From Syntrophaceae bacterium (lineage in GTDB: Bacteria; Desulfobacterota; Syntrophia; Syntrophales; PHBD01): a stretch of DNA of 64,000 nt. The stretch's first letter is position 1. Each line of letters opens with the position of its first letter. Below, piece by piece: positions 25,848-41,892 of the stretch. Both the position numbers and the translations under genes were made by a program. The stretch lies in contig JBFYXW010000063.1 of the NCBI GenBank assembly GCA_041310335.1, forward strand, positions 7,079-71,078, read 5' to 3'. Below the pieces are notes generated by a model, which did no database searches, had not been told where the DNA came from, and worked only from the letters and a program-made list of their open reading frames with translations.

Positions 25848-26150
25848 TCACGCGGAACGGGGGCGGAAGGGGGAAAACACGTATTCCTTGTCCCGCACGG
25901 CGAAGGCGATCCGGTCCTCCTCGTTGGCCGTGATCCGGCCCTCGATGATCCGCTTGCAGCCGAAATCGTAGAACGTGATCTGGTGGGTGGGCACCTGGTC
26001 GGCCGGCATGTCCGGGAAGGACTGGGTCTTTTCCTCCGCCGAGAGTTCCCGGACCGTGAGCTTCTGGCACCGCTCCCGATTCTCTTCCTCCCCCAGGCGG
26101 ATCTGGACCAGGTAATTGCCGTGAAACGAGATGGGCATCCGGATTTTCAT
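25848..26150 (-). CDS. Hypothetical protein
   Basis: Start at ATG 26150 with a GGAGGGAG RBS 5 nt upstream, and GC3-rich codons. I recognise no family. Confidence 0.5.
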   Translation of the reverse strand: MKIRMPISFHGNYLVQIRLGEEENRERCQKLTVRELSAEEKTQSFPDMPADQVPTHQITFYDFGCKRIIEGRITANEEDRIAFAVRDKEYVFSPFRPRSA

Positions 26151-26365
26151 CGGTTCTCCCTCCATCGTTCGAGTGGCCACTTCATACCACATGCCGGGTC
26201 AAATGTCATGGCGGGGATGGACAAGAAGGGGATTGATTTCCCATGCAGCGCCCTTTCTTTTGTGCTATCGTCCCCCCGTCATGAGCGCTCCTCACCGTCC
26301 CGCTGCCCGCCCGGCCGCTCGCCCATGACCCGACCGCCGGACGGATTCCTCGAAATGGGAGGACC

Positions 26366-26584
26366 ATGCGAATGGATCTCGGCGACCTGGTCCTGGTGGA
26401 CCATCCCCGGCATCCCCTGAACGGGTGTCAGGGAAAGGTGGTGGGAAGGCGGGGCCTCCGGGTTCCCGACGACCTGTGGATGCTTGTGTATGTCCCCTCC
26501 CGGATGCGGAGTTTCCTGATCCCCCGGTCCATGCTGAAAATGGAACCGCGGAACGACGCACCTCCGGGCAAAACGCTTCAGTAG
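26366..26584 (+). CDS. Hypothetical small protein (72 aa)
   Basis: GC3-biased codons and GGGAGG just upstream of the ATG. No recognisable motif. It ends 2 nt from the convergent MtnA-family stop. Confidence 0.3.
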   Translation: MRMDLGDLVLVDHPRHPLNGCQGKVVGRRGLRVPDDLWMLVYVPSRMRSFLIPRSMLKMEPRNDAPPGKTLQ

Positions 26585-26586
26585 TT

Positions 26587-27585
26587 TCAGCCCTTCCAAA
26601 ACTCCACACCCCGGCTGGTGACGATGCCTGTCACCAGGTCCCTGGGCGTGAGATCGAAGGCCGGGTAATATCCCCCGACCTGCTCCCCGGTGATGGGAAT
26701 CCCCTGGAAAGCCAGTACCTCGGCCGGGTCCCGTTCCTCGACGGGGATGTCCTCCCCCCGGGCCGTCCGGCGGTCCGGCCCGCCGTAGGCCAGCACCCAG
26801 AAAGGGATCCGGTACCGGTTGGCACAGATGGCCAGTTGCAGAGTCCCCACCTTGTTGGCCACCGTCCCGTCGAGGGCCACCCGGTCGGCGGCGGTGAAGA
26901 CCTTCTGCACCATTCCCCGGGACATGCAGTGGGCCGCCATGTTGTCGGTGATGAGCGTGACGGGGAGGCCCAGCTGGCTCACCGACCAGGCGGTCAGCCG
27001 CGCCCCCTGGAGGTAGGGCCGGGTCTCCGTGCAGAGGACCCGGATCTCCTTCCCCTTTTCCCGGGCAAGCCGCAGCATGTGCAGGAGGGCGCCCCCGGCG
27101 AAGCAGTGGGTCAGGATCGCCTCCCCGTCGACCAGGAGCGTCTCGGCATGGCGCCCCGTGTCTTCCGACACCCGCCGCTGCCGCTCCAGAACCGTGCGGA
27201 GAAAGGACAGGATCTTCTCTGCCGGCGAGGCGTCGTTTAAACCTTCCGCGAGGATCGCCAGGAGCCGGTCGAGGAGGGCCGCCAGGTGATACCCCGTCGG
27301 CCGGGTGGCCTTCAGCCGCGAAGCCGCCTTCTCCAGAAAGGCCGTCGCCTCCCCGGCACCCCGCCGCTCTTCCTCCCGGGCCGCCAGGTACATCCCGAAC
27401 CCGGCCGTGACGGCGATGTCCCCCGCCCCCTGGACAACCATCTCCTCGATGGCCCGGGCCACGGCCTCGTGATCGGTGCAGGAAACGCGGACGATCTCCC
27501 GGGGCAGCCTCCGGCGGTCCACGATGACGAGGCGGTCTCCCTCCAGGTAGACGTTGTTTTCCAGGTTCAGGAGCAGGGGTTCCAT
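26587..27585 (-). CDS. MtnA / eIF-2B-family isomerase (S-methyl-5-thioribose-1-phosphate or ribose-1,5-bisphosphate isomerase)
   Basis: Real start is MEPLLLNLENNVYLEGDRLVIVDRRRLP (ATG 27585). The track ORF is fused to upstream shadow sequence. Motifs: VQGAGDIAVTAGFG, CTETRPYLQGARLTAWSV, LITDNMAA and ADRVALDGTVANKVGT. Confidence 0.8.
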   Translation of the reverse strand: MEPLLLNLENNVYLEGDRLVIVDRRRLPREIVRVSCTDHEAVARAIEEMVVQGAGDIAVTAGFGMYLAAREEERRGAGEATAFLEKAASRLKATRPTGYHLAALLDRLLAILAEGLNDASPAEKILSFLRTVLERQRRVSEDTGRHAETLLVDGEAILTHCFAGGALLHMLRLAREKGKEIRVLCTETRPYLQGARLTAWSVSQLGLPVTLITDNMAAHCMSRGMVQKVFTAADRVALDGTVANKVGTLQLAICANRYRIPFWVLAYGGPDRRTARGEDIPVEERDPAEVLAFQGIPITGEQVGGYYPAFDLTPRDLVTGIVTSRGVEFWKG

Positions 27586-27677
27586 GTCCTCAACGGATTC
27601 CGTCGTGAATGAATTGGGCGGCGGCGAAGGCAACGGTTTCCCGGGCTCCGCGACCTTCCGGAAGCCCCGGATCCGTC

Positions 27678-33034
<5,357 letters not shown>

Positions 33035-33053
33035 GGTTCCGATTGGGTCCCTG

Positions 33054-34322
33054 TCAGGTTGTTTCGTCCGGGTCAGGGCGGAAGGCCGTCAGGACGCCCA
33101 GGACCCGTTCCATTCGGCCGGCTACGACGCCCTCCAGCCAAGCCGTTCCGAGACGGCGCTCCGGAGGATCCAGCGACCGGATGAAGGGCAGATAGTCCGC
33201 CGAAGCGGCCGGCCGACCCGCCCGGCGGTCCAGGACGGCGAGAAATCGGTCCCGGAGATCGCTTTCCCCGGATAGTCCGCCCTCTTCGTGCAACATTCCC
33301 TTCGCCTCGGTCCAGCGTTCCCGAAACTGCCGGCGGCGGGCGGCTTCTTTCGGATCCGCGTCATCCGCCCCGTCTTCCCGGTGAGGTTTCTCCGCCAGCT
33401 CCCCCAGACGCCGGATCCGCTCCGCCACCGCCCCGGCGAGGACCGCCAGCGCCCCCGGCAGCAACGCCCGCTCCAGGGCATCGGCGGCGAAAAACCGGCT
33501 CCGGACGCCGCGATACCAGGCTTCGAGAGCCCGCAGGTTTGCCAGGTACAGGAGGTTGTTCCGCACCTTGCGGTCCAGGTTCCGCTCCGGGAGGTCCAAC
33601 TCGAAAGGCCTGTCCGGGCGCACGACGGCGGCATCGCCCAGGATCACGCCCCCTTCCGGCACGTCCCGGCGGCAGATCATGCCGGCGGGGAGAACCGTGC
33701 CGAAGCCGAGCCGGACGGGCCCCGCGATGCCACCCTGTCCGCCCAGGAAGACCGGGGGCTGGTCCAGCATCACCCCCCGGGGCACGTCACCGATCAGGGA
33801 CGGCGTTGCCTTGTCCTGGCGGGGCGTGTAGTTGAAATGGATGAAGGAGCTCCCCACCTCGCTGTGGTTCCGGCGGCTGGTACCGCCCGCCATGAGGCAG
33901 TCACAGAAGTTGATGAGGCTTCCCAGGGTCACGAAGGGGAAAAGGATGGTCTGCTTGAGGCCGACGGCGTGGGCGGCCGAGGACTCTTCCTCCAGGAGGC
34001 ACCCCTCCCGGACCTGGGCGGCGGGACCGAGCGTTGCCCCGCCCAGGAAGACGGATCCCCGGAAGGAACCGCCGGCCAGTTCCGCCGCCGGTCCGAGCAG
34101 GCAGTTTTCCACGACCGCGGGGCCGAGGGCTCCCAGGACCACCCCGTCGCAGAGAAGCGTTTCGGCCCCGCGCAGCCGGACTCCCCCGTGGAGGACGACA
34201 CCCCGCCCGGATACCCGGTCGGGAGAAACGTCCGCGTCGACCTCGACCGACCCGGGGTGCGGGATCCGGACGCCTTTTTCCAGGAGCCTCCGGACAACCT
34301 CCGGCAGGACGACCTCACCCAT
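33054..34322 (-). CDS. Left-handed beta-helix (hexapeptide-repeat, GlmU C-terminal-like) protein with a helical C-terminal half
   Basis: Imperfect hexapeptide turns GVVLHGGVRLRGAETLLCDGVVLGALGPAVVENCLLGPAAELAGGSFRGSVFLGGATLGPAAQV, then FLGGQGGIAGPVRLGFGTVLPAG. Start at ATG 34322. It ends 19 nt before the GlmS-like giant. Confidence 0.6.
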   Translation of the reverse strand: MGEVVLPEVVRRLLEKGVRIPHPGSVEVDADVSPDRVSGRGVVLHGGVRLRGAETLLCDGVVLGALGPAVVENCLLGPAAELAGGSFRGSVFLGGATLGPAAQVREGCLLEEESSAAHAVGLKQTILFPFVTLGSLINFCDCLMAGGTSRRNHSEVGSSFIHFNYTPRQDKATPSLIGDVPRGVMLDQPPVFLGGQGGIAGPVRLGFGTVLPAGMICRRDVPEGGVILGDAAVVRPDRPFELDLPERNLDRKVRNNLLYLANLRALEAWYRGVRSRFFAADALERALLPGALAVLAGAVAERIRRLGELAEKPHREDGADDADPKEAARRRQFRERWTEAKGMLHEEGGLSGESDLRDRFLAVLDRRAGRPAASADYLPFIRSLDPPERRLGTAWLEGVVAGRMERVLGVLTAFRPDPDETT

Positions 34323-34373
34323 GCCCGGGTCTCTCCCACACAAAAGTCCGGCCCGGATTCCCCGGCGGCCTGT

Positions 34374-34679
34374 TCATTCCTCCTCCGGGCCCCCGTCCAA
34401 ACCGAGACGGATCAATTTCTTCTGAAAGGTGTTCCGGTTGACGCCCAGGTATGCCGCGGCTTTGCCCCGCACGTTGCCCGAGCGGTTCAGGGCGATCCGG
34501 AACAGGCTGCGCTCCACCATCGTCATCACGTTCTCGTGGAGTCGGCTCTTCCCGTTTCCCGATGCCGAGAGCACCGTGGCGATGTCCTCGAGCTTCATCT
34601 CCATCATCCGTTCCACCACCTGGACGGGGTCTTCCGATTTCTCCGTCCGGCTTCCGGCTGCGGATTTCCTGGTCTTCAT
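34374..34679 (-). CDS. Fis-family DNA-binding protein (HTH_8)
   Basis: C-terminal ALNRSGNVRGKAAAYLGVNRNTFQKKLIRLGL is a typical Fis-type HTH. Confidence 0.7.
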   Translation of the reverse strand: MKTRKSAAGSRTEKSEDPVQVVERMMEMKLEDIATVLSASGNGKSRLHENVMTMVERSLFRIALNRSGNVRGKAAAYLGVNRNTFQKKLIRLGLDGGPEEE

Positions 34680-34707
34680 AATCTGGGGGCTTTCTCCATG
34701 GGAAGGC

Positions 34708-35226
34708 TCAAATCTTCATGAATTTCAGAACAAGGATGCCGAGGATGACAACCGCCGCGAACCAGGCCGCCGCCGCGTCCGACCTGCCACGCACAGGCTG
34801 GTCCGCCTGGACCCGGAGCGCATCCTCCACCCGCTCCGCGTCCAGGCGACTCACCAGGTCGGCCACCAGTTTCTCGTAGTCCCCGTAAGCGCTGGACAGC
34901 ACATGGTATCCCTTCGCCGTCGTCAGGAGAATGTAAGCCTTCCCGCGCATGATCAGAGTCCCGGCGTAATTGATTTGCCGCCAGTGGAGGCGGGTTTCCC
35001 GGAAAAACTTCCGGATGGTGATTCCCTCTTCGTCGGCGGCCACGTTCCTGGATGCGGCCTCGACGAAAACGGCCAGGGCCAGGAGGAAAAACAGGCCCAG
35101 GACGGCCCGCTCCAGGAGCGTCCCCGCCAACAGGAAGGAGGACAGGAACAGGGCTGCCAGGAGGAAGGCGTCCAGGCCCAGGGGGATCAGAAAGGATCGT
35201 TTGATCCGGTAGCGTGTCTGCATCAT
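34708..35226 (-). CDS. Hypothetical membrane protein (2 N-terminal TM + bPH-like domain + C-terminal TM)
   Basis: Hydrophobic FLIPLGLDAFLLAALFLSSFLLAG / AVLGLFFLLALAVFV, a soluble GITIRKFFRETRLHWRQINYAG...GKAYILLTT segment, then the terminal WFAAVVILGILVL. Confidence 0.5.
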   Translation of the reverse strand: MMQTRYRIKRSFLIPLGLDAFLLAALFLSSFLLAGTLLERAVLGLFFLLALAVFVEAASRNVAADEEGITIRKFFRETRLHWRQINYAGTLIMRGKAYILLTTAKGYHVLSSAYGDYEKLVADLVSRLDAERVEDALRVQADQPVRGRSDAAAAWFAAVVILGILVLKFMKI

Positions 35227-35248
35227 GAAATCGTCCGGCTCCGCAGGA

Positions 35249-35725
35249 TCACTCCTCCCGGGTGAAGGTCCCGCTCTTGCCCCCCTTCTTCGAGACCAGG
35301 CGGATCTCCGTCAGGACCATTCCCCGGTCCACGGCTTTGCACATGTCGTAGATGGTGAGGGCCGCCGCGCTGACGGCCGTCATGGCCTCCATCTCCACGC
35401 CCGTTCTCCCCAGGGTGGTGACCCGGGCCTCGATCTCCAGCGTACGGGCGTCCCGCTCGGTAAAGCGAACCTCGACGCCCGTCAGTTCCAGGGGATGGCA
35501 TAGCGGGATCCAGCCGGCCGTGTTCTTGGCCGCCATGATCCCGGCGATCCGGGCCACGGCAAAAACATCCCCCTTGGCCATCTCCCCCCGGGAAATCACC
35601 GCGAGGGTTTCGGGCTTCATGAGCACGGATCCCCGGGCCACCGCCACGCGAACCGTTTCCTTCTTCTTCGTGACGTCGACCATACGGGCCCGGCCGCGAT
35701 CGTCCAAATGGGTCATGCGGGTCAT
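35249..35725 (-). CDS. moaC: Cyclic pyranopterin monophosphate synthase MoaC
   Basis: MTHLDDRGRARMVDVTKK...GDVFAVARIAGIMAAKNT...IPLCHPL...GVEMEAMTAVSAAALTIYDMCKA. Start at ATG 35725 or 35716. Confidence 0.9.
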   Translation of the reverse strand: MTRMTHLDDRGRARMVDVTKKKETVRVAVARGSVLMKPETLAVISRGEMAKGDVFAVARIAGIMAAKNTAGWIPLCHPLELTGVEVRFTERDARTLEIEARVTTLGRTGVEMEAMTAVSAAALTIYDMCKAVDRGMVLTEIRLVSKKGGKSGTFTREE

Positions 35726-35961
35726 GGCGTTTACCGTGATGGGCAGGCTCCGGGAAAGTAGAGAAGATAAGCAAAAGCGGATGGAACTTAACACAGGGAT
35801 CCCCCGTCGTCAAGCCGGTTCCGGGGGGTCCGCCAGGAAGGAGAAAGGTCTTGCTTTCATTGGTGTTCCGGAATATAGAGAAAATCCCCTGCCGGGAGCG
35901 ATCGCTCCATCTGTCGGTTTCCGACCCGTTCAACGACCTACGAGCAATCTATGAGGGGTTT

Positions 35962-37494
35962 GTGATCGTCAAGACCTCCGGAGCCACGGTGATCGGCATC
36001 GAATGCCACCTGGTGGACGTGGAAGTGGACGTATCCCGGGGCATCCCCCACTTTTCGACGGTGGGCCTCCCGGACGCGGCGGTCCGGGAGAGCAAGGACC
36101 GCATCCGGGCCGCCGTCCGGAATTCCGGGTACCCCTTTCCCCGCCATCACGTGACGGTCAACCTGGCGCCGGCGGACCTCCGGAAAGAGGGCGCCGGCTT
36201 CGACCTGCCCATCGCCCTGGGGATCTTGGCGGCCCAGGGAGTCGTGGACCCCGGGGCCATCCGGGACCATGTCTTCCTGGGCGAACTGTCCCTCAACGGG
36301 ACCGTCAAGGGAGTGCGGGGGGTGCTGCCGGTGGCCCTGGAGGTACTCACGTCCGGAAGGCCCGGGATCGTGGTGGCCAGGGACAATGCCGACGAGGCCG
36401 CCATGGTCGAGGGGATCGACGTCCTGCCGGTGGACGTGCTTTCCGACGTGGTGGAGGGGTTCTCCGGGACGAGGCCCATCCAACCCCATCGCGTGGACGT
36501 GGAGACCCTCTTCCGGCGGGACCTTCCGCCTGCCGCGGACTTCCGCGAGATCCGCGGACAGGAGCGGGCCAAGCGAGCCATCGAGGTCGCCGCGGCGGGG
36601 GGGCACAACCTCCTGATGGTCGGGCCCCCGGGAGCGGGAAAGACGATGCTGGCCCAGCGCCTTCCGGGCATCCTCCCGGAGTTGACCCTTCCGGAGGCCA
36701 TCGAGACGACAAAGATCTTTTCCGTGGCGGGCCTTCTGGACCGGGGCCGGTTCCTGATCGGTGCACGGCCATTCCGGTCGCCTCATCACACCGTGTCCGA
36801 TGCGGGGATGGTGGGCGGCGGGCAGCAGCCGCGCCCGGGGGAGATCAGCCTGGCCCACCACGGCGTCCTGTTCCTCGACGAGCTTCCGGAATTCCGCAGG
36901 AATGTCCTGGAAGCCCTCCGCCAGCCCCTGGAGGAGGGCGTTATCACCATCAGCCGCTCCGCCGTGAGTGCCACCTTCCCCGCCCGGTTCATGCTTCTGG
37001 CGGCGATGAATCCCTGCCCCTGCGGATTTCTCGGGGACGCGCACCGTCGCTGCCGCTGCTCCGTCGCCTCGGTCCGCCATTACCAGTCGCGGGTTTCCGG
37101 CCCCCTCCTGGACCGGATCGATCTCCACGTCGAGGTGCCGGCAGTGCGGCCCCGGGATCTGGCCGGCCAGGCCCGCGGAGAGACCTCCGCTACCATCGCC
37201 CGCCGCGTCCGCGGGGCCCGCGATCTCCAGAAGGAGCGCTTTTCCGGAGATCCCGCGGCCACCAACGCCCGGATGGAGGGCGAGCAGATCCGCCGGTTCT
37301 GCTCCCTCGATCCCGAATCCCGGCGCCTCCTGGACATGGCCATGGAAAAACTGGGGCTCAGCGCCCGGGCCTACGCGCGGATCCTGAAGACGGCACGGAC
37401 CGTCGCGGACCTGGAAGAGGCGACGGCCATCGCACCCTCCCACGTCGCCGAGGCGATCCAGTACAGAAGCCTTGATCGCACCGTTTCTTCATGA
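35962..37494 (+). CDS. comM: YifB/ComM-family Mg-chelatase-like AAA+ ATPase
   Basis: GIECHLVDVEVDVSRGIPHFSTVGLPDAAVRESKDRI, GFDLPIALGILAA, Walker A MVGPPGAGKTMLA, GVLFLDELPEF and the Cys cluster NPCPCGFLGD..RCRC. The start is uncertain (GTG 35962 proposed). Confidence 0.85.
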   Translation: MIVKTSGATVIGIECHLVDVEVDVSRGIPHFSTVGLPDAAVRESKDRIRAAVRNSGYPFPRHHVTVNLAPADLRKEGAGFDLPIALGILAAQGVVDPGAIRDHVFLGELSLNGTVKGVRGVLPVALEVLTSGRPGIVVARDNADEAAMVEGIDVLPVDVLSDVVEGFSGTRPIQPHRVDVETLFRRDLPPAADFREIRGQERAKRAIEVAAAGGHNLLMVGPPGAGKTMLAQRLPGILPELTLPEAIETTKIFSVAGLLDRGRFLIGARPFRSPHHTVSDAGMVGGGQQPRPGEISLAHHGVLFLDELPEFRRNVLEALRQPLEEGVITISRSAVSATFPARFMLLAAMNPCPCGFLGDAHRRCRCSVASVRHYQSRVSGPLLDRIDLHVEVPAVRPRDLAGQARGETSATIARRVRGARDLQKERFSGDPAATNARMEGEQIRRFCSLDPESRRLLDMAMEKLGLSARAYARILKTARTVADLEEATAIAPSHVAEAIQYRSLDRTVSS

Positions 37495-37548
37495 TATAGC
37501 GATCCCTAATTGTTTTCGGATGTTAAATCATACCGGGGGGATTTCTTT

Positions 37549-38625
37549 ATGAAGATCAAGATCACGAGGACCGCACCGTCAAAGCGCAAGCCAAAACACA
37601 AGGATGAAGCGACGCTGGGATTCGGCAAACTCTTCACGGACCACCTGTTCACCATGACCTACAACGAGGGCAAGGGCTGGCACAGCCCCGCCGTCGAGCC
37701 CTACCGGGATCTCCCCCTTGACCCCGCCTGCATCTGCCTTCACTACGCCCAGCTCATCTTCGAGGGCCTGAAGGCCTACCGGGGCAAAGGGGGGGCGATC
37801 TACCTGTTCCGGCCCCTGGAGAACGCCCGGCGCTTCAACAATTCTGCACGCCGCCTCTGCATGCCCGCGGTGGACGAGAACCTGTTCCTGGAGGCCGTCC
37901 GGGAACTGGTCCTCCTCGAGAAGGACTGGATCCCCAAGGGCCTGGGAACGTCCCTGTACATCCGGCCCACCATGATCGCCACGGAGCCGGCCCTGGGCGT
38001 CCACGCCTCTCCGGACTACCTGTTCTACATCCTCGTGGGGCCCGTCGGAGCCTACTACCCCGAGGGATTCAGCCCCACGAAGATCTTCGTGGAGGAGCAC
38101 TACGTCCGCTCCGCCCCCGGCGGCATCGGCTACTGCAAGGCCGCGGCGAACTACGCGGCCAGCCTGTACGCCAGCAAGGCAGCCCAGGACAAGGGATACA
38201 CCCAGGTCCTGTGGTTGGACGCGGTCCACAAGAAATACGTGGAGGAAGTGGGAACGAGCAACATCTTCTTCCTCATCGGCGACGAACTGGTGACGCCGCC
38301 CCTGGGTGGAACGATCCTGCCGGGCGTCACGAGGGATTCGGTGATCCAGATTGCCCGCAGCTGGGGCATCCCCGTGCTGGAGCGCCCCGTCACCATGGAC
38401 GAGGTCATCACCGCTTCGGAGCGCGGAACGCTCCGGGAAGCCTTCGCCTCCGGGACGGCGGCCATCGTGTCGCCCATCGGCCAGATGTTCTTCCGGGGCA
38501 AGGAGCACCGGATCGGCGGCGGCAAGACGGGCGCCCTGACCGAGCGGTTGTACAACGAAATTCTCCAGATCCAGTACGGACAGAAGGATGACCCCTTCGG
38601 CTGGCGCCTGAAAATATCAGGGTAA
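37549..38625 (+). CDS. ilvE: Branched-chain amino acid aminotransferase (long, type-II IlvE)
   Basis: FGKLFTDHLF, LHYAQLIFEGLKAYR, RPLENARRFNNSARRL, LYIRP, KAAANYAAS and GVTRDS. Start at ATG 37549 (MKIKI). Confidence 0.9.
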   Translation: MKIKITRTAPSKRKPKHKDEATLGFGKLFTDHLFTMTYNEGKGWHSPAVEPYRDLPLDPACICLHYAQLIFEGLKAYRGKGGAIYLFRPLENARRFNNSARRLCMPAVDENLFLEAVRELVLLEKDWIPKGLGTSLYIRPTMIATEPALGVHASPDYLFYILVGPVGAYYPEGFSPTKIFVEEHYVRSAPGGIGYCKAAANYAASLYASKAAQDKGYTQVLWLDAVHKKYVEEVGTSNIFFLIGDELVTPPLGGTILPGVTRDSVIQIARSWGIPVLERPVTMDEVITASERGTLREAFASGTAAIVSPIGQMFFRGKEHRIGGGKTGALTERLYNEILQIQYGQKDDPFGWRLKISG

Positions 38626-38919
38626 CTGCTAATCCAAGGGATCTTTCCCTTGATCCGGGGGGTTATCCCCGAAATCCACAGAGTTGTTGATAAACATGTT
38701 GACAAGTCTGTGGAAAAAAAGCCTAAGGCTTCAAATGTCACGATTTTATACCGCCTTGCACAAGGTTTAGGCAAGACAAATACTGCCTGATTTCAGGTGT
38801 TTGAAAAGCAAGGCGGGATTCCAAAGCCTTAGGGCGGTCACGGGAAGCCTTTTGGAGACAGCTAGAAAGAAATGTGCCAGAGGCTCCCTGACGCAAGGTC
38901 GAAAAAGAGGGGTTTCCCG
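38626..38919. other. AT-rich, highly structured intergenic region (candidate sRNA / regulatory locus)
   Basis: About 41% GC over 38661-38800 by my count, against much higher flanks. Features: a 9-bp stem CCGCCTTGC (38751-59) with GCAAGGCGG (38808-16); the inverted CCACAGA/TCTGTGG pair; a minus-strand hairpin followed by T7 (38731-38714); and three DnaA-box-like 9-mers. Confidence 0.3.
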
Positions 38920-39675
38920 GTGAGGCGTCTTTCCCTTTTCCGATTGGCCGGTTGTCCATCCCCGCCCTGCGACGGGCCGGGCCGGGCCGCCCTCCCCTTC
39001 CACCGAACCGCGGTCCTCCGGATCATCCTGTGGCTGCCGGTCCTGGCGCTGCTCATCCTGCCGTCGGGGGCCCTCCGGGCCGAGAATCCCCCCCTGGAAA
39101 AACTCCTGGCAGACATGCAGGAGCGGTACGAGAACACGGGGACCCTGAAGGGCCGCTTCGTCCAGGAGGTGACCGTCAAGGGAACGAAAAAAGTCGAGCG
39201 GGAGGAAGGCACGGTCTACTTCCGGAATCCGGGCCGGATGGCCTGGCACTACGAGAAGCCGAAGGCGAAAAGGCTGATCATCGGGTCCAAGACCTCGTGG
39301 CTCTACGTCCCGGAGGATCGTGCCGTGTATGTCCAGAAGGCCGAGAGCCTGTTCAAGTCGAGACTGACCATGCGGTTCTTCACCGGTTTGGGGAAACTGC
39401 GGGAGGATTTCCGCATCGAATACGCCCAGCCGGACGTCGATCGGGACGGCAATCCCTTGCTGATCCTCATCCCCCGGGATCCTGGACTGGGCGTATCCAG
39501 CCTTCACCTGACCGTCGGCAGGGAGAACCTCCAGGTCCGCGAGGTCCGTTTCACCGATTCCTTCGGCAACCGGACCCGGGTGGCCTTCCGGGACCTGGAG
39601 GAGAACGTCCGGATTCCCGACCGGACCTTCACCTTCCAGCCCCCGAAAGGGGTCGAAGTCCTGCATCTTCCCTGA
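38920..39675 (+). CDS. lolA: Outer-membrane lipoprotein carrier protein LolA
   Basis: Signal peptide LRIILWLPVLALLILPSGALRA, then LolA-like LEKLLADMQERYENTGTLKGRFVQEV...GTVYFRNPGRMAWHYEKP...WLYVPEDRAVYV. The start is uncertain (GTG 38920, TTG 38944, or the track ATG 38872). Confidence 0.7.
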   Translation: MRRLSLFRLAGCPSPPCDGPGRAALPFHRTAVLRIILWLPVLALLILPSGALRAENPPLEKLLADMQERYENTGTLKGRFVQEVTVKGTKKVEREEGTVYFRNPGRMAWHYEKPKAKRLIIGSKTSWLYVPEDRAVYVQKAESLFKSRLTMRFFTGLGKLREDFRIEYAQPDVDRDGNPLLILIPRDPGLGVSSLHLTVGRENLQVREVRFTDSFGNRTRVAFRDLEENVRIPDRTFTFQPPKGVEVLHLP

Positions 39676-39732
39676 GCCCTCCGGCTCCGCAGCCCCTTGT
39701 GATCGTCGTCCCGCAACCCACAGGAGGCATCC

Positions 39733-41865
<2,133 letters not shown>

Positions 41866-41892
41866 ACCAAGGACAAAGGGAGGGAGAAAGCC

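Noticed and set aside
26066-26081. TGGCAC hexamers elsewhere (for example 26066 plus strand, 12663-12668 minus strand, 41851-41856 minus strand) as additional sigma-54 promoters
   Set aside because: All lie inside coding sequence and lack a TTGC/GC element at the correct 5-nt spacing.
38660-38720. Possible chromosomal replication origin (DnaA-box-like 9-mers in an AT-rich spacer)
   Set aside because: There are only three boxes, each with 1-2 mismatches to TTATCCACA. There is no dnaA/dnaN/gyrB/parAB context and no obvious 13-mer DUE array, and the region is only about 290 bp. I kept it as a regulatory/sRNA candidate instead.
38866-38885. Second sigma-54-like promoter on the minus strand (TGGCAC-ATTTC-TTTCT)
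   Set aside because: The -12 element lacks the conserved GC (TTTC instead of TTGC), and there is no downstream minus-strand gene or nearby UAS. It is probably a chance TGGCAC.
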